This document shows, one piece after another, positions 47,001 to 60,700 of a stretch of DNA of 64,000 nt (positions are counted from its first letter, which is position 1; each line of letters begins with the position of its first letter). Source of the DNA: Klebsormidium nitens (Eukaryota; Plantae; Klebsormidiophyceae); NCBI GenBank assembly GCA_000708835.1, contig DF237381.1, positions 1 through 64,000 on the forward strand, given 5' to 3'. Made by a program: the position numbers and the translations under genes. Under the pieces are notes generated by a model. The model saw only the letters and a list, made by a program, of their open reading frames with translations, was not told the DNA's origin and searched no databases.

Positions 47001-47713
47001 GCTGAGAAGAACTTAGACTATGTTGAATGACAGTACAATCTGGAGGATCGAATGTGTGAAAGCTGTGCGGATTGAATTAATTACAAGTTTACCAGCAAGC
47101 ATCTCACCTTATTACTGCCAGGCCGCCACTTTGACTTCCAGTCCTTGCCCTTCTCCCTTGACCCCCCCTGCTGCGCCTCATCCTCAACCTTTGCAACTTT
47201 TGGGATTGGACTTTCAAGAATCCTCTCTGAAATAATGATATCACGGTACAGCCGCCTCAGCAACACTAGCACCTCTAACCGCCGCAGCCTCTCCTCAGTC
47301 TCTGCAAAAATCTTCTGCCCCTCGAGAACAGTCTCCACCGGCTTGATTGCCCCGCTGCTCAGCCCATTCTCTGAGACCGCCTCAGAAATGGCACGGGCGT
47401 GAGACGGCCGCCGCCGGCGCTTAGGGTTAGCGACGAGTGGCTCAGATTTGAGGAACTGAGAGGATCCATAAGCAGATGCAGAGCTCAGAGCAGGAGATGC
47501 AGCGGGTCTGAGACTAGGTGCAGAGCTCAAAGCAGGCCTGCATGGGTAGCTGACAACCCGAGGTCCTTCACAAAAAGTGTTCGCCCGGTTCCAGATGCAG
47601 GAAAACTGTGGATGCTTAAATGTCGCAACCTTGGGGTGCTTCCTCTCTGCCAAAGAAGCATGCAGCACTCCTGGCCCACAAGCAGGGCTGGCAAGGTTCA
47701 CGACCAGAACCAT
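38097..47713 (-). CDS. LETM1-like (LETM1 RBD domain) protein, probably plastid-targeted, 763 aa
   Basis: Eleven phase-consistent exons: 47713-47108, 46336-46214, 45375-45217, 44263-44111, 43646-43482, 43155-43036, 42456-42360, 41133-40892, 40187-40071, 39172-39018, 38451-38097 (2292 nt). C-terminal [17 protein letters not shown]...[20 protein letters not shown]...[26 protein letters not shown] is typical of LETM1-like proteins. Ser/Ala/Arg-rich N-terminus and coiled coils. Confidence 0.85.
39173..39650 (-). repeat. Three acceptor echoes of LETM1-like exon 39172-39018
   Basis: Copies begin (minus strand) at 39326, 39480 and 39624; spacing 154/154/144 bp; each unit carries TGACGTC. Confidence 0.92.
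41134..42005 (-). repeat. Five acceptor echoes of LETM1-like exon 41133-40892
   Basis: CAG|AGGACAT...GAGAG..TGC...[CT]GCCGA[GA]TT copies at 41326, 41494, 41668, 41841 and about 42000; spacing 160-193 bp. Confidence 0.93.
44264..44700 (-). repeat. Four acceptor echoes of LETM1-like exon 44263-44111
   Basis: AG|TCCAAGAAGGGGCT-like copies at 44338, about 44414, 44532 and 44673. Confidence 0.85.
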
Positions 47714-48750
47714 GATTCGAAGGGGCCCCTCGGCAGGGCTCAGTATTCAGATGACACACCACTCGAAGAAGCTGCACCTATAGATGTCCGGGCCGAGCAG
47801 CATCTCAGAGGAGCAAACCTCGACCAGGCTTGAGGACGGCGTTTACTTTCCTTTTCACCTTCTTATCATGAGCAGCCCCTGAAAGCAGCTGTAAAGGATT
47901 CCCCCCTTCGAGATCAGGCGCTCCTTAATTGCGCAACCACCTCATCCTTCTGAATTTCCTGCACCCAGCAGAAACGAGGCGCCAGCTGGGCCATCCGCCC
48001 TATCCACCCCCTTTCCCAGCCGCTTGCATTTGTGAAATGGACAGATGGCAGCCCTTGAGAAACTTGAAGCCAGCTGCGCGCCACGTAGACAGGCAACTGC
48101 CAAGGCATTACCAGGCGTATCTGACCATCTTCGAAAGTTGCACCGTCGATTAATGGATCTGCTCGCTCACCCTGAAGCGCAGTCGATGGGAATGAACGGG
48201 ACAAGAAACCGGTTAGATCGCCGCCGGGAATGGTTGAGACCCAAGGTTCGAACGATATATGCTGAAAACGGAGGGCCCCGCTCTAGATGCATCTCTAGTT
48301 CGAACGTCGAAGTCCATTCTTGCGCGCACACTTGTCACTAGGCTGCAGGCTGCAGCAGTGCAGGCAATTGTGCCGGGGCCTGCTTTTTGCTCATGGGCGC
48401 GCAAAATTTTCGCCAGCTTTTGCTGAGCGGCATTCAATGGCGTCCAGTGCGCCGCTGCCAGCACTAGCGAGCGCCGGTTATCGCTGGCGAAGAAGGCAGA
48501 CTGTCCAGTGTGACTCGGGCTGGCGAAGATCGGTTTTACTTAGTTGGCCCAAACTGTAAGCTAATACCTCTGGTAGGGCCAACTGTAAGCTAACAACTCT
48601 GGTACCCCGTACGCTTTATCCAGGAGTTCTTCATGCAAAGCATCATCCATGGAGCTGAAATGCATGATTGTAAGGCGTAAGGGCGTGTGAGCGTTGTTGC
48701 TTGATAACCTTGTCATTTCATTGAATCTGTTGCCTGAGGGGGCAGTCGAA

Positions 48751-51700
48751 ATGGCGGCTCCTCAGATGCGCAAACTCTCACTGGAAGAAGCAGCACCGCA
48801 AAGAAAGGACTTGGAGAGGAGGTGGAATCTGCTTGAAGATGCGGCAGCGAATGGAAGTGAAGACGAGGAAACGGAGAGGGCAAAAGAGCAGTGGTATGTT
48901 GATTTATATCCGAACCATGAGGAACACGAGATTCAAAGCGGCGGAGCATGCATTGCACCATGCTCTTGCAATGTGCAAAGAGTTCATGCATAATGGGTGC
49001 AATTCAACGTCGGGAACCACTAAGTTCGCTCACTTTCTTTGCCCTTCGAAGGCCCTGCTACCACCACATTTTCTGACGGACTGAAAAGTGCAAGCAGCTT
49101 TGCACACACTTGGCCTCCCATTCCCCTAGCCTCAGCTATTAAAACCAGACACATTAGACTCTTTCAGGCACAATTACTCGCAGCTTGTCGTTAAGACTTG
49201 AAGACTTACAAGGAAAAGATGTTGGGCTCCATGAATTCATCAGATTCCCCACCATTTCATCGCAGCCTCCAGTGCAATGACCACCTCTTGGACAGATCTT
49301 TAGCGTTTGTCACCATCGTCTCCAACCCCTCTTGATCTACAAGGAGAATTTATACCGGTTGACGCTTCCTCTTTCTATACAAAGGCCGACTACCTTATGC
49401 GCTTCTCACCTTTCACACTGCATCTGAGTGCGAGTTTGCCAAGACCTTTTTCTTCACTTTCGATGCGCCATGAAGGCATTTGCAGCGAGGGGGTGAACAT
49501 CACAAGACTGACAAAGCAAAGGGCAGGCGCCGCTGACGTTGACGATGAATGTTTGAAGTGGACTTTCTGACAACGCCCCCTTCACGTTCTGCAGGTTCCT
49601 GGACGCTTTGCTCTTTCTCGCTAAGGCCCCCCTGGAGCAGCACTCCTGGTGCCAGTTCAGCGACCTATCGTCCCTGGCGTTGGAAAGCTTCTACCACTAC
49701 TACAGCAACCCCAATCAGGCCCTCAGTCTGGTGTGGCAGCGGTGGTGTCAAGAGCTGCGCAGCTGCGACTCGTGCGTCCATACGTACCAAAGGTGAGAGC
49801 CAGAGGGCCTCTGATGGTCAGGAAAGGCTGCACGGAATTGTTATCGTCAAAGTGATGTTCTTTTCCCACTTGTTTCCATCCTGAATGACGTGGCATTTGA
49901 TCATCTTTGTGGTAGAGGGGAGATAGAGAGCCTTTCAAAGCTGGCTAGTCTTGCTTCTGGAGGGAGAGCCACTGAGACCATCAAAGGGATTGCCCAGTCA
50001 CCAACTCTGATGCTCATCATCAAAGTTGCTGTGCTTCATCTCAACAATATGTGCAACTTCGAAAAATCCTCATTCGGGAGAAGCTGACAATCTCCGTGCG
50101 GTCTTGAAAAGAGCTGGTTTTATGGGATCCGCTTATTGAATGCTTCCGACATCTCGTCAACGCCTTTTGACTTGTCTTCAATCTTAAGGGCAAGCTGTTA
50201 TTCTCAGACGACACTGAGCTGCTCTCATCACAATCTGAGAAATTGCCGAGCAGTCTCTTAAAACATGTTGCGACAAGTCCAGAAAGATGGGAGTCCTGTC
50301 ACCGAGGAGCTGTTCCTCCGAAAGCAGTCGTTGCAAACTCACAAGCTTTGTCTCCCGTTACAACTTTGTTCCGCTTCACTATGTTCCAACGGATTGCAAG
50401 TGTCTGCTCCGAGGAAGAATAAGAGAGGAGTTCCATGGGCCCCCTGCTACGAAGAAACTGATGTCTGTCCGAAAAAGCGACCATTAGAAAGTCACACTTT
50501 CTTGAACTTGGTATCCAGATCCGATTCTGGCTTCTCTTTGCCACGTCCTGACGACTTACGTCAAATTCTTGCAGGTTCAAGGAGGAAATTAGGGAGGGCA
50601 TCAATGAGGCCCTGCCATGGAGAATCTCTTACTCTGTCCAGAAAAGCGACTGCTGAAGAGGCACAATCGTTGTCAACCTGATACGACTTTGAGCCGCTCT
50701 CACCACGTTCTGATACCTTGAGATTCTACCCAAAATCAATTCAGACCATTCTTCATTTCGGCGCAGGTCCAAAGAGGAATTGAGGGATGCGTTCGATGGG
50801 GGCCCTGCCAAACGAAGAGCTATTCTCCGTCCTGAACAGTGAATGCTGAAGCGTTGCAGCTTCCATTTCTTGTACTTCAACGATTAGCTGCTCTCATCAC
50901 GTTTGATGATAAGCATGATTGTCGCAGGTCGGAAGGAGGGCTTTAGGGACGAGGTACGTGGGGAGCTTGCCTCGGAGGAGCTGTCCTCGGTCTCGGGAGG
51001 CGACTGCTGAACGGTCACGACTACCGAAATCAGTGTTCAGAAACGAGTTTGTGCTTGTTTTCACAACATCTTGACGAGTTACATCAAACCGTTGCAGGTC
51101 CAAGGAGGAACCCAAGTGAGGCGTTTGACGGGGGCGCTGCCACAGAGGAGCTCCGTTTTGTCCAGAAAAGCGATTGCTGAAAACTCACAGCCGGATACTT
51201 CTTTCAGCTGCTCTCCTCACGTTTTGATGAACCTTAAATTGTTTAACCATTCTCTATACTTTGTCACAGGTCCAAGGAGGAACTCAGAGAAGAGTTCGAT
51301 GGGGGCCCTGCGACAGAGGAGCTGTTCTCCGTCCTGGACCGTCTCGACCAGGAGAGGGTGTCGCAGCAGCTGAAAGAGATCAAGGCGCTGTTTGAAGCCG
51401 GCAACTACGACCCTGAGCAATCGGCAGACCTGATCTTCCCAACCATTTATGAGGTACCTCGCTCTTGACCACGGCTGATTCTAGTTATTCTGAGTGCTGC
51501 CAAAGCCGTTGTAAAGTTGTGAGGGCGAGCATGCGGTTATGTGGACGTTTTGAGGTGCTCAAAACGGATATGCTCGGGGATCAATAAGTAGGAACGCGTG
51601 TCTGTTCATGCGGAGATGGTAGTGGGGCGCTGTATGGAAAGACATGAGCAGACTTCAAGCGTCGACCTACGGCCTGGGCTGGAGTGGACTCGTGGTCTGA

Positions 51701-54700
51701 CGAATCATGAGGAAATGTGGCGGAGTCCGTGTAGGGCCATCTAACAAGAACATTAAGCGCGCCCGGCTAAGTGATGCCTATCGCTTCGAGTTTATTAGCG
51801 CAGCAAACAACGGAGTCTGGGTAGGGGCTTCTTACAGACGGAAAGACGCGTCCCGACCAATGTCTTCTTCTCTCTAGGTGCTCAATTACCCTGCAATCCT
51901 AGGAGATGCAGAAATGGACCGACAAACCAACACGTACAAAGCCAAGATTAAAATCAATACTAAAAATGCAGCTCAACGGACTGAATAGTGTAAATATTTA
52001 GGTGCTCAATGACCCTGCGATCCTGGAGGATGCAGAGGTAGACCGACTTGTGGCCCCGGTTCTGTGCTTTCCCATACCCGAAGCCGAAGTCAAACACTTA
52101 TCTGGGATTTACGCGGCAATTGACGGACCATCATTGTGTCTTTTTCCAGGTGCTCAACTACTCTGCAGTCCTAGAAGACGCAGAGGTGGACCGACTTGTG
52201 GACCCAGTTCTGTCGTTCATAATCCAAGCCAGAACAAGCGCTTTTCTACTAGTGCAGCAAGCAACGGACTGACCAGTACATCCTCTCTCCAGGTGCTCAA
52301 CTATCCTGCGATCCTAGAAGACGCAGAGGTGGACCGACTTGTGGCCCCCGTTCTGTCGTTCATGGACCAAGTACACGCTATCTCGATCGGGGAGTACCGA
52401 CCGGCGGGCATCTACTCGCTGCTGTTCCATAACAGCCCCGAAGGGCGGGCAGTCGCGACGCGCCTCGCAAAGACGACTCCTCCGTTCAGGTAAGTCAGTG
52501 AGTGTGTGAGATTTGGAGGGACTTGTCAGTACTAACGATTGAACGACTTTCAAGTATTGTAACCGGTCCTCAGACTGACCTGGTTCCTTTGGGGATGTCG
52601 AGTCAAAAAACCTTCTTTGCTGGAACTTCAAAAACCTCGGCCCAAGGTGCTCGACTGGGAGGTAAACATAAATGGCCGAACCTGCATACGCCAGAGTCCC
52701 GTCTTCCGACTCTTTTGCAAGTTATATACAGCTTCTATCGTCCCACAGACGTCCCTTTTCCGTTCTTGCAAGGACGGCCAAATGTAGGAAAGGGCTCCGA
52801 AAACCAGTTCAAGTGAGGAGGGACCCCCAATCTTCCTCTGCGGGCGTGGCCAGGAAGTGGAGGCCGTCCGTCGGATCCTGCTTCGTGAACTTAATTGAGT
52901 TCCTGAAGGCGGCTCGAAAAAGGCCAACGGCAAATGAAATTTGTGTCAAGAAAGAAAACGTTGCTCGAACAGGGGCGATGATATTCTGCCTGCAGGGATG
53001 GCCAGGAACTGGAGATTGTCCAACCGATCCTGCACCGCAAGGTTGCACTCCTGCAACAGCTGGCGGGCTCGGCGGCCATCCACGTGGATGGCGGAGGACA
53101 GCTGCCAGAAGAGAAGCTGGCTATCTTTGGCGGTCGGCCCGCACGCCCGACTCGAGTCCAGGAGCACCTCCCACTGTGGTTGGGACTTTCGACTTTGTAA
53201 GTGGACTCATTGGAGTTTATCAACTGGTTCTTTTGGGTCACAGTTTGCGTGTTTAGAAAAAAGCCGTCGACAGCAGAATCTAGGTGATATGTTTTTATGC
53301 TTATAAGCAGAAAGATAGCAGGATCTAGGATCTCTATTTTTAGCTTGTAACTAGAGAGATAACGCAACGAGTTAACTCTTCCTACAAGTCTTACACTGTC
53401 GGTCAAGTTTTGCATCATGACTGCGAGACAAGACGATTTCAAAGTCTGTCGTCGCATCCGAACATCTCAACCAGCAACCGGAGAAGCCGTTTTGATGACT
53501 GTAGTGAAGGACTGACCGTCCCGAATCTGCTTATAGATCATAAAGAGATTCAACAATCTCTATTTTGTTTGCAGCCTGGAGTTGCTCGAGCCAGCCGCGA
53601 TGCTTGGAGGCCTGGTGGAGCGTCACCCTGACGTCGTCAGCACTGTCCTTAACCAGGCGAGCGAACCCGGAAACCCCGCCTTCAACGTCGCGCTCAAGTG
53701 CCTCAAGCTGCTCTTCCAGGGAGTTGGTAAGTGATAGTTTGCACTCGTTCCATGTTGTTGTTATAGAAACAGCTTGTCGGGATCAAGTGCTTTGTCGATA
53801 AGCCTTTGTCAGGGGTGTTAGTAAGCTGAGCGACCGTACGTGCGGTAAGCAGATAGAGGAGTTGTCTGTGCTGAGCCAGGGCACTGGTAACACAAATGAA
53901 GAAGCGGGTTCCGATGGTCGTTAAGCAGACAGGCAAGCCCTTGTCTTTGAACGGGCCATCCATGACCAAGAGCTGTTGTATCGCCGCTTACTGGCAAGCA
54001 GACAGGGTGAGAAGTTGAGCACGTCTAGCTCTCATTCCGTCGATGGATGAGCGCGCTGTCGAAGACCTTCCAGATTATTCTAACAGCAACCGAGCAGCCT
54101 ATGTTATGAGGTCTCTCTTGCGCTGACTCTCCTACTATTCCTAAAAGAAGCTGCTGCTGAGAAAGTACCTTTGCTGTCGTGGGCAGGTTACCGACTGTGG
54201 TGGGACACCGACTTTACCCCAAAGGTTGTGCGTTCCACCCTCGTGAGCCACTGCAACACCAGCCGCAAGGAGAACCTGCACCTCACTATCTTCCAGCTCT
54301 TCGAGCCGTTCCTGCAGGTTAGGGAAGCGACACTCTGGTAACCCACTTGCAATCATCTGGAGCTCTTTCCGAACGGTTCTCCACTTGTTTGCGAAATCAG
54401 TCGTTCGACTGGATGCGGAAATGCAAAATACCGTTTGACGCATGATGGTGCGCTGGGTGGCTTGAATGGTAAAGTGGCGCTGATGCAGGTCTTTCGTTGG
54501 TGACAGCTGTGCTCGAATCGGGATTTGAGATTGACAGAGAAGGTTGCGTCACCTTCCTGCCTTAAAAAGGCATTCCTTTGTGTTCCTTCGTCTCTTTTGT
54601 CTTCTTGTGGCGTGCTGGCAATCTACCTCTTTCGTTCGTGTTTGCGAACAATGGCAGATAGCGGAGGCGATTGAACATCGGACGCTGTAAAATTCAGACG

Positions 54701-57700
54701 CTTTGAACAGTTTGCGGTTGTTTGCAGTCCTTGGAAGTGGATCGGAACACGAGCGACGAGTTCTACGACGAGCGGGAAACGCTGCTGAAGTTTCTGACGA
54801 AGCAGGTCGCCAACAGCGCTAGTTTCTCGGGCGTGGTGAAGAGCAAGGGGCTTGAGGTAAGATGGGCCTTGCCTCTCTCCGAGCCACATCCGCTCTTTCC
54901 ACATAAAGTCAAGGAGATGAAGGAGACCGCCACTGGATATGGGTGGCTGTGATGTGTTCGCTTGCATTGTTACGATTTCTTTCAGCGAAAGTTCAACTGC
55001 TCTTGGTGTTTGAATGCATCAGCACGTTGTCCCCGGTAAGTCGCAAGAATGGCACTCAGCTTGACATTTGAAAGAAGGTCCACTTCCGTAGTGTATGTGC
55101 TCCTTGAAGAGTCGTCTTTCAACTCCTGCCTTCATCAAGCGTGCCTGATCGACAGTATCGTTAGTCTTCAAGCTGCCTGTTGCTGCAGTTAGAAACCTGG
55201 TCATCCAGGCCTTCGACCATTGTCGAAGTATACTCAGACTGGAGAAGATGACGTTTTAAGTACATCATCATCAGACCATCTTGTATGTTCCCCGCAGGTC
55301 GCGTTCCGCATCATCCAGAGAGGCTACACGCTTGTCCCCCCTATGCCACCAAGCGACCTCACTCCCTTCTGGGCCCCCCCTTTGGTCGCCTCGCTCAACA
55401 ACCCCGCCACACAAGAAACCCTCCGGACACAGGCTGTCGAGCTCATGTCTACCATCGTCGTTTTCGACTCGTCCGCACTCTGCTCGGCCGTTTTCCCACC
55501 AGCGCCCGGTTTCTCCGGGGCTTCCGACTTAGTCGCTTACCTTCCCGGCTCAAACGCTACCCTAGGCCCGCAGCCCAGCTCCGGCCAGGAACCTCTAGAG
55601 GTTCTCGAGGGCCAGCCCGCGGAATCCGGCTGGGGTGCGGAGTGGGCCACTCTAGAAACCGCGGCCGGCAGCTACGCCAAAGAGCACTTCCACCCTCCCG
55701 CGCTCTGGCAGGCCCTGTTTCTGGCTGCGCCGCCGGTTAACTTTCCGGGTTTGCTAACCAAGGCCGTTCTCTGGGCTGCCACAAGACTGGCGCTCCTGGA
55801 GGAGGCGGTTGGGTTGAACCCTGACCAGACTGCAGCGGATGGCGCCAAAGACTGGCCCTTCGTCGTGGTTGAGAACGATGGGAAGAAGGTGTCGAACGTC
55901 GTGGAAGCTTCTAGGGAAGGTCGGAAAGACCTGGTGGTGTTGTACAGAAGGTGAGGACTGAAGTTTTTTAAGCTCGCCTTTCAGAGATGCAGATTGTGCC
56001 TGCTAGCCTCTCATAATTCTCTACCTGCTCTCTTCTTCTTCTTGTATCTTTCCATATACCTTTTCTGTTCTCATTCTCGCTTTTTGTCCGTTGGAGGCTG
56101 TCCCGCTTTGCCCGTTCTGTAGTGTTCGTGTTCCATTTGTACCATGTCCGTTTGAAACATGCTATCATTTCGAAACGGTCAGGATACACACTTACGTGAT
56201 GAGCGTGACTAATTCTCGTCAAATCCATGAAAGCGGACTTGAAAGGAAGGACTTTCGAGTTACCCTGCGGTTGTAAGGCATCTCGTGGCACAGCAGCCTT
56301 TTCAGCACGATAGGAGAGGATCTCAGTTGAACAATCGCCGTCCAACACTTACTCCGTAATAACCTTGAGCAGTTTTGGGTGCTTCAAAGTCAAGCTCAGT
56401 GTCGCAATTTCTTTTCTCTGATGTTGTTGGTCAGGGGGAGTATCGATTTACTCTCCTTTCAAATCCTGAAAAACTTTCAACCATACAGTCAGCACATTCA
56501 ATGTTAGACAGGAGACTCTATCATGCGCGCAGGTGTACGGCGGCATATCTGGACCACCTCCGACAGCGATCTGTGGATGGTGACGTGGCGGTTTTGCAGG
56601 CCCTCGAGTGGGAGACCTGGATTGCCGAGAGTCTAATCATCCTTCTCCTTGATCCCACTGCAGTGAGTTTGACTTCGCTTTCTTCTTCTACAACCTTAGC
56701 GCAGCGCTGTCTCTGTGATGTCAGAAGTTTCAAGGGCTCCATTTGCTTGCTGGCTGCGAAAAGCACGTTGATGGGTGCTTTGATCTTTTCTACCCCTTGT
56801 AAAACTGCACGGATCAGCCTCTCGCTTAAGGCAGAAGTTCAAAGCACGTCTTTAATATGCTCAAACGTATGACATTCTTTTCGGCAACTTCGTACGTTGA
56901 TGGAACGGCGTAGATCGTGTAGATCATCTGGCTGCAAGACTCTACCACCTGGCTCCCGCTGTAAACGGATGGACTGCGCTAACTGCCGGAACGAACTTGG
57001 ATGCGTGCAGCTCATCCGGAATGCGGACCGGGAAGTTTTGAAGTACTTCACAGCGGACGCAACTTTGGACGGGGGCCTGCGGACCCTGTGTGCGGACGCC
57101 CCTGCCGCACGCGCCGTCAGCGAGGGGATCTTCAAGGCGTCAGAAAAGGTGAGCTGCCCACAACCGACTCGAATGAAGGGTTTACTGCAGGGCCAGATAG
57201 GGACTTTCCTATTTCGAGTGGGTTCGCTAGCCTTGGTACTTGCGTTGGCCCCAGTATGCCCCCAGTATGCGTTCAGAAGGATACCTGGCCCGTCCTCCGG
57301 TAAGCCGATGGGTCGGACGTTCCTTCACCTTGTTAGCGTTCGGTTTGCAAGCAATTCGACTCTTGAAGCATAGCGTCCGGATTCCGCTTCGTCAAACCCA
57401 GCTGCTTTTGGGCGGCTCCTCACAAAAGCCGTTCAGGGAGAGTATCAAGAAACTAGAGGGCGGACTTTTGATCTCCTCCCTTGAAGCGGTGCCTGTTCGC
57501 GACCTTCGTTTCTGATAAGCTGCGAATGGCCAGATTCCACTAGAATCGCCTTGCTTGAAGCTCTCTCAGCGCTCCTACGTTTCTGTGCAGCTCCTACACA
57601 TGGGCTTCCCCAAATGCTCGCGGGGCTCCCAACTCCTGTGCTTCTACGCCTCGAAGCTGCTGCGAATCAACTCCTCCAACGAGCAAGACGCTGCCGAAGG

Positions 57701-60700
57701 CTCCACGGAACACGTGACGCTTTGGGCGATTGCGTGTGCGCGAATCGCAGAGGGCCTATGGCCGCTGCTCCTGCGGGTCCTTGAAGGAAGTCGACCCGCA
57801 GCTGAAAGCTTTGAGGTGCGTGATCCGCTTGTTGACACATCAATCCGACTACGTCCGCAGGTCAAGGCACGGTTTAGGACACGGGTCCGCACCGAAAAAC
57901 GTCTCCTTTTAGCCTCGCTTGTGTCTTACTCCAATCAGCGAGTACTATTGTCTGACGACTGCTTTTGAATTCGTGTCAACTCATTACAATCGGGGTCTTG
58001 AATCAGCCTCAGTAGTCTCTTGAAGTTCTCAGTTTGTGGTCGATTCGTAGATTGTCGTCAAGTCAGTCCTTCCTCTTTGCCAGATTGCTTGATGAACCTG
58101 TGCAGTGACTATCTTAAACTGTTCGTTCTTCAGAATATTGTGAAAGCAGTTAGTCTTAGTTGAGGTGGTACATCTCTCAAGGAAGTCTTGATTCTCCAAT
58201 AACGCCTTGCATCCCAGCCACGAAGCCATGACTTCTGGAAACACTTTTCAAAGATGACTTCTTCACATCCGACTAGTTGACTGCTTTAACCACCAGCCTA
58301 TAATAGTCTTGTTGTCAACGCTCATTAACATTTCCATCCGATCGCTCAAATAAGAACCATAGAAGGGCACGCCTTTCCCTTATCCAAAAGCGGCTTCGCT
58401 TCTGAACCCCCGACCCGTCTCCACACCAAACAGCCGGGCCCCACCGCCCAGGGCTTGCTCCCGGTTGCCGACTACCTCATTAGCGCGTCCCTTTTCCAGA
58501 GGCTGATAGTCCACGTGTTCGAGGCCTTCGTGGCCACGTGGCCGTTCATCCGCCACCGGGCACTTCCCGGGGCGGCGCTCGGGCGCCCCAGCGTCCGCGG
58601 TGACGTCAGCACACCGGGCGCCGCTGACGTCAGCAGCCCGGTCAGGGCCAGGGGTGACGTCAGCAGGGCGCCCGGTTTCGGGTCCCCGGCCAGGACGCCC
58701 TCGGTGTTTGACCTGGTCGAGGGCGGCCGGTTGAAGCCCCCGGGGCATCAGGGCGACGAGTGGCTGGTGGATTTTGTGAAGTGGGGGGACGTGACCCGGC
58801 CCGCGGTGCGGCGGCGATGGATGGAGTGCATTGAACTGGTGGGGTGTGAGATGGTGGACGCGGGAGCAAGGCTGCCGGCGGCGGCGAGGGGCGTCGTTCG
58901 AGATCTTCTTGCGCCGAGTGAGTGTCAGGTTGCAAACAGTGTTGAGAGAAATGTCAAGCACAGCCTCTTCACTCGCTTCGCTTTGTAGCTTTTCCGTCTT
59001 TCTTTCACACTGTTCGTAGAAAGCGTTGATCCAAGATGGCAGCTCTGTGTGCTTTCAGAACGCGCAAACCTTGCAAAGCGGGGGAGCTGTATCTTTCGAA
59101 GAAGAGAATTGTGTCTTCTGTAGGCCTATTGATATATTGATTCTGTTGCTCATATGGCACTCCGCGTTCGAATAGGAGTTGTTGACGGTTGGAGCGGTTT
59201 CTTGCGTCGAATCAGAACATGCCGCTAGCAGAATCTCAACAGCTGGTGCTCAAACTGCAAAAGCACATCTGTTTTGAGCGCCCCATACCCCGCGCATCCC
59301 CTGCTCCGTCATCTTTGCTGAGTGTTCGCCTTCGAGAGAAATATTTAGCAATCCAAGTTCATAAGTCCGAATCTCTAAAATTTCAAAGTCGGAAACCCGA
59401 AATTCTGACCCTCTCGCCGTCTTTCCGCGCAGCTTCGAGCCTCTCCGACGAGCAACGCCTGGTCCTTTCCCAGTTCTTCCCCCACGAAGCCCCGGGCAAC
59501 CTCGGCCAAAGCGCTCTCGACTCGTTACCCTCCCGCCCCGCCCACGCATCGCCCCCCAAACCGGCCTTCCCGTTACGCCAACCCTCGTTCGAAACCCCAC
59601 CCCGCAGCAAAGCCCCCACCGCATCCCAGTCGCGGCTCACGACCAGTTTCCTCGAGGGGGGCTCGCCGCCAGCTCCAGCAGGGTTCTTCCAGCCCCCCCC
59701 CACGGCGGTGCCGCCAAAATCCCCCGCTATCGTCATCGATCTGGAGGAGGACGATCAGCCGCTCAGCCTCCGGAGAAAGGAAGCCCCGCGGGCTGGGAAT
59801 TCGCGACGGCCGATCGACCTCGAAACCGAGTCGGATTCGAAATCGAAAAGTAGATCAGATACAAAAACTTTCGTGCGGACGCCCGCTCAGACGCAGTCGG
59901 CGGAGGCGTCAACGAGCGGTCGCGAAAGCGCGGATAAAGAGGCGTCGAAGATGGCCGCGTCTTTGGCCGCGTTTGCAAACCGGGCTTCTAGTAGACCCTC
60001 CCCTTGGAGCCGCAACTCCGACACCCCGGGGGGGTCGAGGAGTGCTGCGACGCCAACTAACCGGACCCCACCGGCGCCGAACCGAACGTCGCCAATGTAC
60101 AGTAAGCGCGCGCCGCCTAGGTACCCCCAGCAGGTTAAGATAGACAGCATGTTGAGTCGGCAGCGGGAGGAGGAAGAACTAGAGCGGGTGTGGGCCGCTG
60201 CCGATGGGCTCGGCGGGTTCGGTTCCGCCGGCCCCGGGAAACGGAAAACCGATAGCACGGAAGCGTCACGGAAGCGGGAGAGCGACAGTAAACCTGCACC
60301 AGTAAAATCGCCAACCGTTCCAATGGTGCCGGGGGGGTCAGCTCCGCAGCCGGAAAGGCCTACGAACCGGGGGGGTGGAGACGAAGGCAGTTCTGTACAT
60401 AGTAGGGGGGTCCCCGTGCCTGGCCCGAAAGTGCCACAATTGCGTCCGGCAGCCCCCCGGAAGACGATGAGGATCGAGTTGCCGGGGGAGGGGCAGACGG
60501 CGAGCGCCAGGGCGCGCATGCGCAGGTGAGGCAGATGAATATTATGGGGTTGAAGATTGAGGCAGATAAAGCTTCAAGGTTGGTGAGATTGAAGGCCAGA
60601 TAACCTTGAAAAGCACCATCTCAATGCACCAATACATCATCTGCAGCCCTCCAAAAAAACGCTGGGTGTTGACAAAGGATGGGGCCAATTCTTATGTGAA

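Noticed and set aside
52002-52493. 163-aa ORF with three VLN.PAILEDAEVDRLV repeats
   Set aside because: Echo read-through with intron-like spacers and no ATG. An alternative-acceptor isoform is not excluded without RNA data.
54141-54443. Helical-looking minus-strand ORF
   Set aside because: Antisense of the SEN1 exon 54187-54317, whose plus-strand frame matches plant SEN1.
58380-58961. 193-aa minus-strand ORF
   Set aside because: Antisense shadow of a GC-rich SEN1 exon.
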